DNA of 38,546 bases. Origin: an uncultured Planctomycetales bacterium. Its GTDB lineage: Bacteria > Planctomycetota > UBA1135. A program made the translations under genes and the position numbers. Every line of letters begins with the position of its first letter. Within the stretch, counting starts at the first letter, position 1. The stretch covers positions 1 to 38,546 of the forward strand of contig CAYXFZ010000008.1 in the NCBI GenBank assembly GCA_964464385.1. Direction: 5' to 3'. The notes below the pieces were generated by a model, which worked only from the letters and a program-made list of their open reading frames with translations, ran no database searches and was not told the origin of the DNA. This document shows, one piece after another, positions 27,807-36,199 of this stretch.

Positions 27807-28907
27807 TTGGTAAACCTCAGCATCGTCGTGGATGGCCTCACCTTCGCCAACCCCTTTATCCTTGCCTCCGGCCCACCTGGAACCAATGGCAAGGTGATCC
27901 AACGCTCTTTCGAGTTGGGTTGGGGTGGCATCGTTTGTAAGACGCTCAGCCTGGATCACAGCAAGGTGACCAACGTTGCCCCGCGCTACGGCAAGCTCGC
28001 CGATCTGGACGATCGAAAGAATGTGTTTGGCTTTCAAAACATAGAGCTGATTTCTGATCGCCCATTTGATGTCTGGCTCGAGGAATTAGCTGCCGCCAAA
28101 GCGGCCTACCCCGATCGCATTCTGATCGCATCCATCATGGAGGAGTACGAGAAGGCACGCTGGGTGGAAATTACCGAACGCACCCAGGATTCCGGAGTGG
28201 ATGCTTTTGAATTGAATTTTTCATGTCCGCATGGCCTTCCTGAGCGCCAAATGGGAGCGGCGATGGGCCAAGACCCAGCAATTGTGGAAGAGGTCACCGG
28301 TTGGGTGACAGCCGCCAGCAAGATTCCGGTTTGGGCCAAGATGACGCCCAATATCACCGACATTGCCGTGCCTGCCAAGGCCGCCGAGCGCGGCGGGGCC
28401 GACGGCCTGAGCGCCATCAATACCATCTTGGGTGTGATTGGTGTCAATCTCGACACCCTTCGCCCGATGCCAACCGTGGAGGGCTATACGGTCCCCGGCG
28501 GTTACTCCGGTCGTGCCGTGCGGCCGCTTGCTTTGCGTCAAGTCATGGAGTGCGCCCACGCTTGTCCTGACCTTTCCATCAGTGGTATGGGTGGGGTGGA
28601 GAATGCCTCGGATGCCGCGCAGTTCATGGCCTTGGGCGCTTCCACTGTTCAAGTTTGCACCGGTGCCATGTTGCAGGGCTACGAAATGATCACGGGTCTA
28701 TGCCAGGATCTATCCGACTTTCTGGATTCGAAAGAAATGACTTCGGTGAGTGAACTCGTCGGCGTTTCTTTGCCCTATTTTTCGACCCATGCCGATCTCG
28801 TCAACCGCCAGCGTGAAGCCAAGCGCGAAAAGGCGGGCGAAGCCGAGCGCGACAGCATGTGGCAGGGCAACATTGCCAAGGAAACGGATTCTCTCCTCAG
28901 CGATTGA
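27807..28907 (+). CDS. Dihydropyrimidine dehydrogenase PreA-like FMN (DHOD-fold) subunit without the C-terminal 4Fe-4S domain
   Basis: NPFILASGPP, LNFSCPHG (active-site Cys context) and MGGVENASDA. TTG start with AGGAG 7 nt upstream. The C-terminal 40 aa have no Cys. Confidence 0.8.
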   Translation: MVNLSIVVDGLTFANPFILASGPPGTNGKVIQRSFELGWGGIVCKTLSLDHSKVTNVAPRYGKLADLDDRKNVFGFQNIELISDRPFDVWLEELAAAKAAYPDRILIASIMEEYEKARWVEITERTQDSGVDAFELNFSCPHGLPERQMGAAMGQDPAIVEEVTGWVTAASKIPVWAKMTPNITDIAVPAKAAERGGADGLSAINTILGVIGVNLDTLRPMPTVEGYTVPGGYSGRAVRPLALRQVMECAHACPDLSISGMGGVENASDAAQFMALGASTVQVCTGAMLQGYEMITGLCQDLSDFLDSKEMTSVSELVGVSLPYFSTHADLVNRQREAKREKAGEAERDSMWQGNIAKETDSLLSD

Positions 28908-30351
28908 CCTGCCCGGTCAAACGCATCCCCAGCCAATACGTCGTTGCAGAAATGCCAAAGCCGACAAACCAAGCGTACTGATACAGATGGGTCCAAAAAT
29001 TTTCCACTTTTAATCCCTGGACGGCAACCAGGAAGCCCGGAAGGTTGGGGAGAACGCCGAGCACCAAGGCCAGGATGGCGACTAAGTTCACGCCGCGGAA
29101 ATAGCGGTAGGGGCCATCCGTACGGTAAAGACCCTCCAAGTCAAGTTGAGTTCGACGGACGATGAAGTAGTCGATGATGACGATGCCGCCGATGGGGCCC
29201 AGTAGGGCCGAATAGCCAATCAGCCAAGTGAAGATGTATCCGCCGGTGCTCTCGATGAGTTTCCAGGGGAAGATCACGACCCCAATCCCGGCCGTGATCA
29301 TGGCGCCGATGCGGAAACTGGCCTTGCGCGGAGCCAAGTTCATGATGGCGTTGGCGGGGGAGACCACGTTGGCGGCAATGTTGGTGGAGAGCGTGGCCAC
29401 GGTCAGAGCGCAGAGGGAAACCACGACCCCGAGCCCACCACCCATGCGGCCGGCCAGGACGGTGGGATTGGGAATGGCTTCCCCAAAAATCACCACGGTG
29501 GCCGAGGTCACGGCAACACCGATGAAGGCGAAGAGCGTCATAAACAAGGGCAAACCGATCGCCTGACCCATGATTTGGTCGCGTTGGCTCTTGGCGTAGC
29601 GGGTGAAGTCGGGGATGTTCAGGGAAAGAGTCGCCCAAAAACCGACCATGCCCGTCAATCCGGGCAGGAAGGCGGACATGAATTTTCCTTCCTTGGGGCC
29701 GCCAGGGTCAAAAGCGGAAGGGGTCGAGAGCGTGGCGCCGAAACCATCGGCTTTGATATAGGCCCACCCCAGAAGAGCGAGTCCCAGCAGAATCAAAAAG
29801 GGTGCAGCCCAAGTTTCCAGCACTCGGATGGAATCCATGCCCCGCAAAAGGATGGCCACTTGCAACGCCCAAAAGAGACCGAAGCAGAGCAGTTCGCCTG
29901 CGTTGATGCCCAGCCAGGCCAGGTCGGGGCCAATCAAAAATCCACCGGCCAAAGCATTGAAGAGTTGGTAAATGGCACTGCCGCCAATCCAGGTTTGAAT
30001 GCCGAACCAACCGCAGGCCACGGCGGCGCGCAGCATGGAGGGGATGTGGGAACCATGAATGCCAAAACTGGCGCGGGAGAGGACCGGGAAGGGGATGCCG
30101 TATTTGGTGCCGGCGTGGCCATTGAGGAGCATCGGGATCAGGACGATGGCGTTTCCCAAAAGGACGGTGCAGACGGCCTGCCACCAGTTCATGCCCAGAT
30201 CAATCAGACCACCCGCCAGCATGTAGGTGGGGACGCAGACCACCATGCCAATCCAAAGCGAGGCCATGTGGCGGACCTTCCACGTGCGACCTTCGGGCGG
30301 GGTGGGCGCTAGGTCATCGTTGATTAGGCGCGGGTCGGGTTGGTTGAGCAT
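28897..30351 (-). CDS. NCS1-family nucleobase:cation symporter (cytosine/uracil/allantoin-type permease)
   Basis: INDDLAPTPPEGRTWKVRHMASLWIGMVV at the N-terminus, ~12 predicted TM segments, 484 aa. The 3' end overlaps the PreA-like gene by 11 nt. Confidence 0.85.
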   Translation of the reverse strand: MLNQPDPRLINDDLAPTPPEGRTWKVRHMASLWIGMVVCVPTYMLAGGLIDLGMNWWQAVCTVLLGNAIVLIPMLLNGHAGTKYGIPFPVLSRASFGIHGSHIPSMLRAAVACGWFGIQTWIGGSAIYQLFNALAGGFLIGPDLAWLGINAGELLCFGLFWALQVAILLRGMDSIRVLETWAAPFLILLGLALLGWAYIKADGFGATLSTPSAFDPGGPKEGKFMSAFLPGLTGMVGFWATLSLNIPDFTRYAKSQRDQIMGQAIGLPLFMTLFAFIGVAVTSATVVIFGEAIPNPTVLAGRMGGGLGVVVSLCALTVATLSTNIAANVVSPANAIMNLAPRKASFRIGAMITAGIGVVIFPWKLIESTGGYIFTWLIGYSALLGPIGGIVIIDYFIVRRTQLDLEGLYRTDGPYRYFRGVNLVAILALVLGVLPNLPGFLVAVQGLKVENFWTHLYQYAWFVGFGISATTYWLGMRLTGQVNR

Positions 30352-30393
30352 GGAAAGAAGGGAGGGCCGCTAGGCTCCCCCCTGCCGGAGAGC

Positions 30394-30873
30394 ATGACCT
30401 CCCCGGGCGATTCCATGCAAGATCCCTCTCCTCCCCAAGACCTCTTTTTTCGCGCCGCCTTGGATGAGGCCCGCGCCGGGCTTGCCGAGGGTGGGATTCC
30501 CATCGGCTCGGTCTTGGTGCTGGACGATGCCATTGTCGGCAGGGGGCGCAACCGTCGTGTGCAGCAAGGAAGTCCCGTTTTGCACGCCGAAATGGATTGT
30601 TTGGAAAATGCTGGGCGCATTTCTGCCGTGGACTACCGCCGCGCCACCCTCTACACCACGTTGTCTCCCTGCGACATGTGCAGCGGTGCCGCTCTGTTGT
30701 TCGGCATCCCGCGCATTGTCATCGGCGAGAACCAGACTTTTCAGGGTGCCGAAGATCACCTCCGATCCCGCGGCGTGGAACTCACCCTCCTCAACGACCC
30801 GGAGTCCATTGATCTGATGGAAGCCTTCCAACGGGAACACCCCGAACTCTGGAGCGAGGACATTGGGGAATGA
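30394..30873 (+). CDS. Yeast-type (Fcy1-like, CDA-fold zinc) cytosine deaminase
   Basis: HAEMDCLEN...LSPCDMCSGA zinc motifs, and a C-terminal ...HPELWSEDIGE resembling the Fcy1 tail (..WFEDIGE). Start is ATG 30394 or 30415; the track start at 30340 would overlap the permease gene. Confidence 0.8.
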   Translation: MTSPGDSMQDPSPPQDLFFRAALDEARAGLAEGGIPIGSVLVLDDAIVGRGRNRRVQQGSPVLHAEMDCLENAGRISAVDYRRATLYTTLSPCDMCSGAALLFGIPRIVIGENQTFQGAEDHLRSRGVELTLLNDPESIDLMEAFQREHPELWSEDIGE

Positions 30874-32624
30874 GCCCCCTCCTTTTGCCCGTCCTTTTCT
30901 CGACCGTCTCCCTTGCTCTAGCGGCACAAGGGCCGGACGATCCGCTCTCGGGTGTCTGGAAGGGGGACATCATGACACCAAACGGGCCCTTGCCAGCCGT
31001 TTGCTGGTTTGAGCCTGATGGAGCTGGCGGCTGGACCGGCACGGCCGATACGCCGACCCAGCTTGCCTTCGGCATTCCGTGGAGTGAGGTTGCCTTTGAT
31101 GGGAAACACTTCGTTGCGAAGATTGCCCTGACCGGCGCGGTTTACGAAGCGACCCTGGCAGGGGAGACCCTCACTGGAGTTTGGAAGCAGCGCGGCGGTG
31201 AAATGCAACTTCAATGCACGCGGCAGTCCATGCCAGAAGCCCTTCCGGAGGTTCTTGCCACCCAACTTGTCGGCACTTGGGAGGGCAAGCTGGATGTCGG
31301 GCCGATTTCATTGCGGCTCGTTGTTTCATTGAAGCGGTCACCGGTCGGTACGGTATTGGGTTTCATGGCCAGCCCGGATCAGACCGCTGAGGAGTTTCCG
31401 GTTGGTCGTGTTGATTTCAAAGAGGGTCGCACGGTTCTCATCCGGGTGGGGGCCGTTTCCACGACTTTCGAAGTAGAAATTGCCGAGGATGGGGCTTCGT
31501 TCCAGGGGAAGTTTCTCCAAGGGGGGCAGACCATTCCCATCGAGATGAAAAAGGTGGCGAGTCCGACCTTGGTGCGCCGACCTCAAGAACCCAAGCCACC
31601 TTTCTCCTACCGCGTGGAGGAGGTGAATTACCAGAGCAATGCCGTTGACGTCACTTTGGCCGGCACACTGACTCTGCCTAAGGGGAAGGGGCCCTTTCCG
31701 GCCGCCCTGATGATCACCGGCTCGGGTGCACAGAATCGCGATGAGGAGATTTTTCAACACAAACCCTTTTGGGTCATTGCCGACTTTCTTACGCAGCACG
31801 GGATTGCCGTTTTGCGCGTGGACGACCGTGGGGTCGGGGGATCCACCGCGGGCTCGAATCCCAGCGCCGCGACCAGCTTCGATTTTGCCGATGATGTTGA
31901 GGCAGGTATTGCCTTCCTTGCGGCGCGGGATGAAATTGCTAACGATCGTATTGGTCTCATTGGTCATAGTGAAGGGGGAGTGATTGCGCCGATTGTGGCT
32001 GCTCACAACGATCAAGTTGCTTTTATCGTTCTTCTTGCCGGTACCGGGATTCGCGGCGCTGAACTGCTGGAATTGCAGAGTGAGTGGATCCAGCGCGCGA
32101 GCGGTGTCGCAGAGGATGAGATCACCGAGGCGCTCAAGGTTCATCGCGCTCTCATGGCAGTCTTGCTGGATGAATCGCTCACCCCCGACATCGTTGAATC
32201 GCAGATGCGCGTCCTCATTGCGGCCGATCCAAAATTCGCGGCGGCGAGTGAAGAGGATCAAGCAACCGGCATGGCTCAGGCCCTTGCACAGTTGAACAAC
32301 CCGTGGATGACGGCTTTTGTCCGCCATGATCCAGCACCCACCCTAGTGCATGTCCGTTGCCCCGTGCTGGCAGTCAACGGTGAACTTGATTTGCAGGTTC
32401 CTTGCCAAGCGAACCTTGATGCCATTGCCGCCGCGCTCAAAAAGGGCGGCAATCCAGATGTCACCGTTCAGGCATTTCCCCAGCTCAACCACCTTTTTCA
32501 GCACAGCGAAACTGGACTCGTGTCTGAGTATGGCACCCTCGAGGAAACCTTTGCGCCCGAGGTACTCGTCACCATTGCCGACTGGATTACGAGGCGCTTT
32601 CGCCCCTCGTCCAAGATTGACTAA
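30870..32624 (+). CDS. Secreted alpha/beta-hydrolase-fold protein
   Basis: Signal peptide MSPLLLPVLFSTVSLALAAQG. Nucleophile elbow IGLIGHSEGG. The ATG overlaps the upstream TGA (ATGA). Confidence 0.8.
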   Translation: MSPLLLPVLFSTVSLALAAQGPDDPLSGVWKGDIMTPNGPLPAVCWFEPDGAGGWTGTADTPTQLAFGIPWSEVAFDGKHFVAKIALTGAVYEATLAGETLTGVWKQRGGEMQLQCTRQSMPEALPEVLATQLVGTWEGKLDVGPISLRLVVSLKRSPVGTVLGFMASPDQTAEEFPVGRVDFKEGRTVLIRVGAVSTTFEVEIAEDGASFQGKFLQGGQTIPIEMKKVASPTLVRRPQEPKPPFSYRVEEVNYQSNAVDVTLAGTLTLPKGKGPFPAALMITGSGAQNRDEEIFQHKPFWVIADFLTQHGIAVLRVDDRGVGGSTAGSNPSAATSFDFADDVEAGIAFLAARDEIANDRIGLIGHSEGGVIAPIVAAHNDQVAFIVLLAGTGIRGAELLELQSEWIQRASGVAEDEITEALKVHRALMAVLLDESLTPDIVESQMRVLIAADPKFAAASEEDQATGMAQALAQLNNPWMTAFVRHDPAPTLVHVRCPVLAVNGELDLQVPCQANLDAIAAALKKGGNPDVTVQAFPQLNHLFQHSETGLVSEYGTLEETFAPEVLVTIADWITRRFRPSSKID

Positions 32625-32655
32625 AATACTCCTAAAGTCGTCCTTGAGGAGGTCC

Positions 32656-32732
32656 GTCCCCGTAGCTCAGCTGGATAGAGCATCGGTTTCCTAAACCGAA
32701 GGTCACACGTTCGAATCGTGTCGGGGACGCCA
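32656..32732 (+). tRNA. tRNA-Arg(CCT): tRNA-Arg (anticodon CCT), CCA encoded
   Basis: Manual cloverleaf: acceptor GTCCCCG/CGGGGAC, D stem GCTC/GAGC, anticodon stem TCGGT/ACCGA with loop TTCCTAA, 5-nt variable loop, T stem ACACG/CGTGT with loop TTCGAAT, discriminator G, then CCA. Confidence 0.9.
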
Positions 32733-32842
32733 TTCCCTTTGTTTGGGGAGTGCTCAGAAGTTATGGGGCTCTTCAGAGGTGAAGAACTTGTCCTAATTTT
32801 GTCCTAGCTGGAATGGGCAGTCAAGCTATCTATCGTCGGCGG

Positions 32843-34756
32843 TTACTGAATTGTAAGCGCCAAGCCATTGCTTAACTTGCGTCTAGCTACATCAAAAGCC
32901 TGAGCCCATATGGGAATTCCAGAAGCGCCAGCAGGGACAAAGACCTGCCACTGAATAAATCCATTCGTATCGGAACGTCCTTTGCGTAAAGGAAAGTACG
33001 GAGGACTCAGAGCCAAATCTCCCCAGGGAGAGCTTGATGGCCCGCCACCCGCCAAAGAATAGGCGGTGTATATCAGCTTTCCAGGAGTCGTATCTGTTAC
33101 TTGAATGTTTGCTGACTGTCCCGCGCTGAGACTTGTAATGGAAAGGGTCGGGTCAGGGGGTGGCGCTTGGTTGTAATAAAACGCACCCATGTCCGTGCGT
33201 GTGCCATCTGGGTCGAGGGGAGAATTCGGGTTGCCCGTATCGATGCAAGGGGAGCCGGATTGCAAATGAACGTCCCCGTTTGCAGGATCAACAAACAACG
33301 GGTCGACATCGATGTTGCCTGTGCCCGACCAGCCACCTTTCACATCGCTGTAGGTAACATTAGGACCACCGCCATAGACATAAATTTCCGGACTCTGCGG
33401 TGCGTTGTTGCCCCAAAGTATGCAACTGTCCAGGTATAAAATTGTTGAGTAATAATATATTCCGCCGCCTTCAGTGCTAGCTGTGTTGTTCGTAAACGTG
33501 CAGTTGTCCAAGGTTGAAATGTTGCCTAAAGGGCGAAAATCGTCGCAAAAAATTCCGCCGCCTCTGGTTGCCGTATTGTCCGAAAACGTGCAGTTGTCCA
33601 AGGTTGAGGAGGAAAGCGTGGTCCAGAATATCCCGCCGCCATCGAAGCTGGCCGCGTTGTTCGTAAACGTGCAATTGTCCAATGTCGGAGATGAGGAGAA
33701 GCAATACATCCCGCCACCCCTGTAGTTAGTGTCGTTAGTCGTGAACGTGCAGTTGGCCAATGTCGGAGAGGAGGAGGAGGAAAATATCCCGCCGCCGTAA
33801 TACTGACTCGTGTTATTCGTAAACGTGCAGTTCTCCAAATTCGCGGGGGAGGCGTAGCAAAGCATCCCGCCGCCAGAGTCAGCCGTATTGGCCGTAAACG
33901 TGCAGTCCTCCAAGATCGGAGAGGAGTTATCGCAAGACATCCCTCCGCCATCGAGGCTGGCCACGTTGTTCGTAAACGTGCAGTTGTTCAAAGCCGGGGA
34001 TGAATCGTCGACAAAAAGACCACCGCCTTCCCAGGCTGTGTTGTTTGAAAATGCGCAGTTGTCCATGGTCGGAGAAGAGAAGCGGTAGCAATACATCCCG
34101 CCACCACTGTTGGAAGCCATGTTGCTCGTAAACGCGCAGTTCTTTAAGGTCGGAGAGGAATACCAGTAGCAAGACATTCCGCCGGCGTTGCCGGTAGTTG
34201 TGTTGTCCTTAAACGTGCAGTCCTCCACTATCGGGGAGGAGTTATTGCAAGACATCCCGCCACCGTAGCCGGTAGCCGTGTTGTCCTTAAACGTGCAAAA
34301 TTTTATGCTCGGGGAGGCGGAAATACAGCACACCCCGCCGCCGTTGATAGAGTTTCCATTCGTCACCGTAAACCCCTCAATTATCGAGTTGATCCCCTCG
34401 CCGCTGTCGAACGTCACAACACTTCCCGCCTGATTCCCATCAATAACCGTTGTCGCAGGACCATTCTCGCTCTTCAACGTAATCGCCTTTCCATTGAAGT
34501 TAATGTTCTCAACATAAGCCCCATCCCTGACAATCACAGTGTCTCCATTGACTACCTGGGCATCATCAATCGCCTGCTGGATTCCAGTGAAATTGCCGGA
34601 ACCACTCTGATCTACATACCAGGTGGACTGGGCAATCCCCGCTGAAGGGAAAACCAGAAAAACAAGGGAAAGGAAGGCGTGTCGCACAGTAAGGGGAGGA
34701 GCTGGAAAAACTCTCCTCCAGTCTATTAAAGAAAGAAAATCTCTGTTTGGAGACAA
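32843..34756 (-). CDS. Secreted right-handed parallel beta-helix (PbH1) repeat protein with the shared C-terminal domain
   Basis: ~12 tandem ~26-aa coils of the form GGGM.C....SSP.L.NCTF.NNTA. C-terminus: TLSITSLSAGQ...YSLAGGGPSSSPWG..SPPY..DTNG...VPAGASGIPIWAQAFD...LSNGLALTIQ. The signal peptide RHAFLSLVFLVFPSAGIAQS suggests GTG 34687 as an alternative start. Confidence 0.85.
   Translation of the reverse strand: MSPNRDFLSLIDWRRVFPAPPLTVRHAFLSLVFLVFPSAGIAQSTWYVDQSGSGNFTGIQQAIDDAQVVNGDTVIVRDGAYVENINFNGKAITLKSENGPATTVIDGNQAGSVVTFDSGEGINSIIEGFTVTNGNSINGGGVCCISASPSIKFCTFKDNTATGYGGGMSCNNSSPIVEDCTFKDNTTTGNAGGMSCYWYSSPTLKNCAFTSNMASNSGGGMYCYRFSSPTMDNCAFSNNTAWEGGGLFVDDSSPALNNCTFTNNVASLDGGGMSCDNSSPILEDCTFTANTADSGGGMLCYASPANLENCTFTNNTSQYYGGGIFSSSSSPTLANCTFTTNDTNYRGGGMYCFSSSPTLDNCTFTNNAASFDGGGIFWTTLSSSTLDNCTFSDNTATRGGGIFCDDFRPLGNISTLDNCTFTNNTASTEGGGIYYYSTILYLDSCILWGNNAPQSPEIYVYGGGPNVTYSDVKGGWSGTGNIDVDPLFVDPANGDVHLQSGSPCIDTGNPNSPLDPDGTRTDMGAFYYNQAPPPDPTLSITSLSAGQSANIQVTDTTPGKLIYTAYSLAGGGPSSSPWGDLALSPPYFPLRKGRSDTNGFIQWQVFVPAGASGIPIWAQAFDVARRKLSNGLALTIQ
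33391..34342 (-). repeat. Coding tandem repeats (~75-81 nt beta-helix coils)
   Basis: Recurrent ...gttcgtaaacgtgcagttgtccaa... blocks at about 33483, 33573, 33655, 33730, 33810, 33885, 33965, 34038, 34120, 34200 and 34280. Shadow ORFs 33474..33725, 33526..33951 and 33888..34088 lie here. Confidence 0.8.
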
Positions 34757-34802
34757 AATCCACCAGCTTTTGGGCTCTTAAACAAGATTGTTCCCATTTT
34801 GT

Positions 34803-34931
34803 TCATGATTTTGTTTCGACTAGCTCGTCTTTCCAATTCAAGCCTTTTTCGATGTAATACGGATTGCCGTCATCCCAGGATTCAACGGTATGCCCGCACC
34901 CATCGCAGGTAAAGATCACTTGCTGTGCCAT
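34803..34931 (-). CDS. Hypothetical 42-aa protein with a single CxxC
   Basis: Manual translation: MAQQVIFTCDGCGHTVESWDDGNPYYIEKGLNWKDELVETKS. It lies 46 nt upstream of, and co-directional with, the beta-helix gene. No clear SD; it is below the ORF-track size cutoff. Confidence 0.25.
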   Translation of the reverse strand: MAQQVIFTCDGCGHTVESWDDGNPYYIEKGLNWKDELVETKS

Positions 34932-35002
34932 AGCTGAATGATAGGTTCCCTACCGGGAAGATACTGTAATTTCAAGGGCAAGCCGAAGGCTAAGATGACA
35001 GG

Positions 35003-36199
35003 GTGCATTCCGAATTCCGCAAAAACTGGACGCTCGACGAAGATTTCGTCTTCCTGAACCACGGTTCTTTCGGAGCCGTCCCCAAGGCTGTGCAGGAGCA
35101 CCAGGCCGGACTTCGGGAGCGGCTGGCATCCCAGCCGGTTCGCTTCCTTGCCAGGGAATTGTCTATGGCCCTCGCAGAGAGCCGTCTTGCCCTAGCCTCC
35201 TTCGTGGGTTGCCTAACTGAAGACTTGGTCCTGATTCCCAATGCCACTTTCGGGGTCAACTCGGTCCTCCATGCCTACCCGTTCCGGCAAGGGGACCGTG
35301 TGCTGGTCACCGACCACGAATACAACGCCTGCCGGAACGCATTGGACGCCGCCGCGGAGCGAGCGGGAGTGGGTGTGGATGTGGTGGCTTTGCCTTTTCC
35401 TCCTGGTTCCGGAGAAGAAATTACCGATGCCGTTTTGAGAGCTGTTCGGCCCGAAACCCGTCTCGCCCTTTTGGACCACATCACCTCGCCGACTGGGCTG
35501 CTCATGCCGATCGAGGATCTGGTTTCAGGAATGAAGGAGAGCGGTGTTCATGTCCTGGTGGACGGAGCCCACGGCCCGGGACATGTCCCGCTCGACCTCG
35601 AGGCTCTTGGCGCGGATTTTTACACCGGGAACTGCCACAAGTGGATGGGCACTCCCCTTGGAACCGCCCTGCTTCACTGCCGGCGGGAGCATCAGGAATG
35701 GTTGCGCCCCCCGGTTGTCTCCCACGGTCGAAACACCCCACTCGAGAACGGTCGCACACGATTCCAGGAAGAGTTCGAGTGGACAGGAACCTTCGACCCG
35801 ACCCCGTGGATGTGCATTCCGGTTGCCATTTCCGTCATGGGGAAAATGGTGTCTGGAGGATGGTCGGAAGTCATGACCCGCAATCGCTCCCTAGCCGTGG
35901 AGGCTCGCGACCTGCTGGGGGAGGGCTTCGAGCAGGAGCCTAAGGTGCCGAACGACCTTCTCTCCGCCATGGTTTCCTTCCGATTGCCGGACGGGGACGC
36001 GGACGCTTTGCACGGGCGACTTGTGGATGCGGGGTTCGAAGTCCCCGTGATGCCCTGGCCCCCGACACCGCCTGGCGGCCACCAGGGCCGAATCCTCCGA
36101 GTTTCTTGTCAGCTCTACAACGACTTGTCCGACTATGAACGCCTGCTCGATGTTTTGCCCGGGCTCGTCCTGGAACCCGCCCGGGAATCAGGGCAATGA
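35003..36199 (+). CDS. Class V-fold PLP-dependent enzyme (isopenicillin-N-epimerase / cysteine-desulfurase-like)
   Basis: FLNHGSFGAVP, ITSPTG, VDGAHGPGHVPLDL and YTGNCHKW (PLP-lysine context). GTG start. Confidence 0.85.
   Translation: MHSEFRKNWTLDEDFVFLNHGSFGAVPKAVQEHQAGLRERLASQPVRFLARELSMALAESRLALASFVGCLTEDLVLIPNATFGVNSVLHAYPFRQGDRVLVTDHEYNACRNALDAAAERAGVGVDVVALPFPPGSGEEITDAVLRAVRPETRLALLDHITSPTGLLMPIEDLVSGMKESGVHVLVDGAHGPGHVPLDLEALGADFYTGNCHKWMGTPLGTALLHCRREHQEWLRPPVVSHGRNTPLENGRTRFQEEFEWTGTFDPTPWMCIPVAISVMGKMVSGGWSEVMTRNRSLAVEARDLLGEGFEQEPKVPNDLLSAMVSFRLPDGDADALHGRLVDAGFEVPVMPWPPTPPGGHQGRILRVSCQLYNDLSDYERLLDVLPGLVLEPARESGQ

Noticed and set aside
33391-34342. Regularly spaced ~75-81-nt DNA repeats (and similar ones at 17049..18069), considered as CRISPR-like or mobile repeats
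   Set aside because: The repeats are in frame, imperfect, and correspond exactly to protein repeat units (beta-helix coils, MORN units). There is no unique-spacer architecture and no cas genes.
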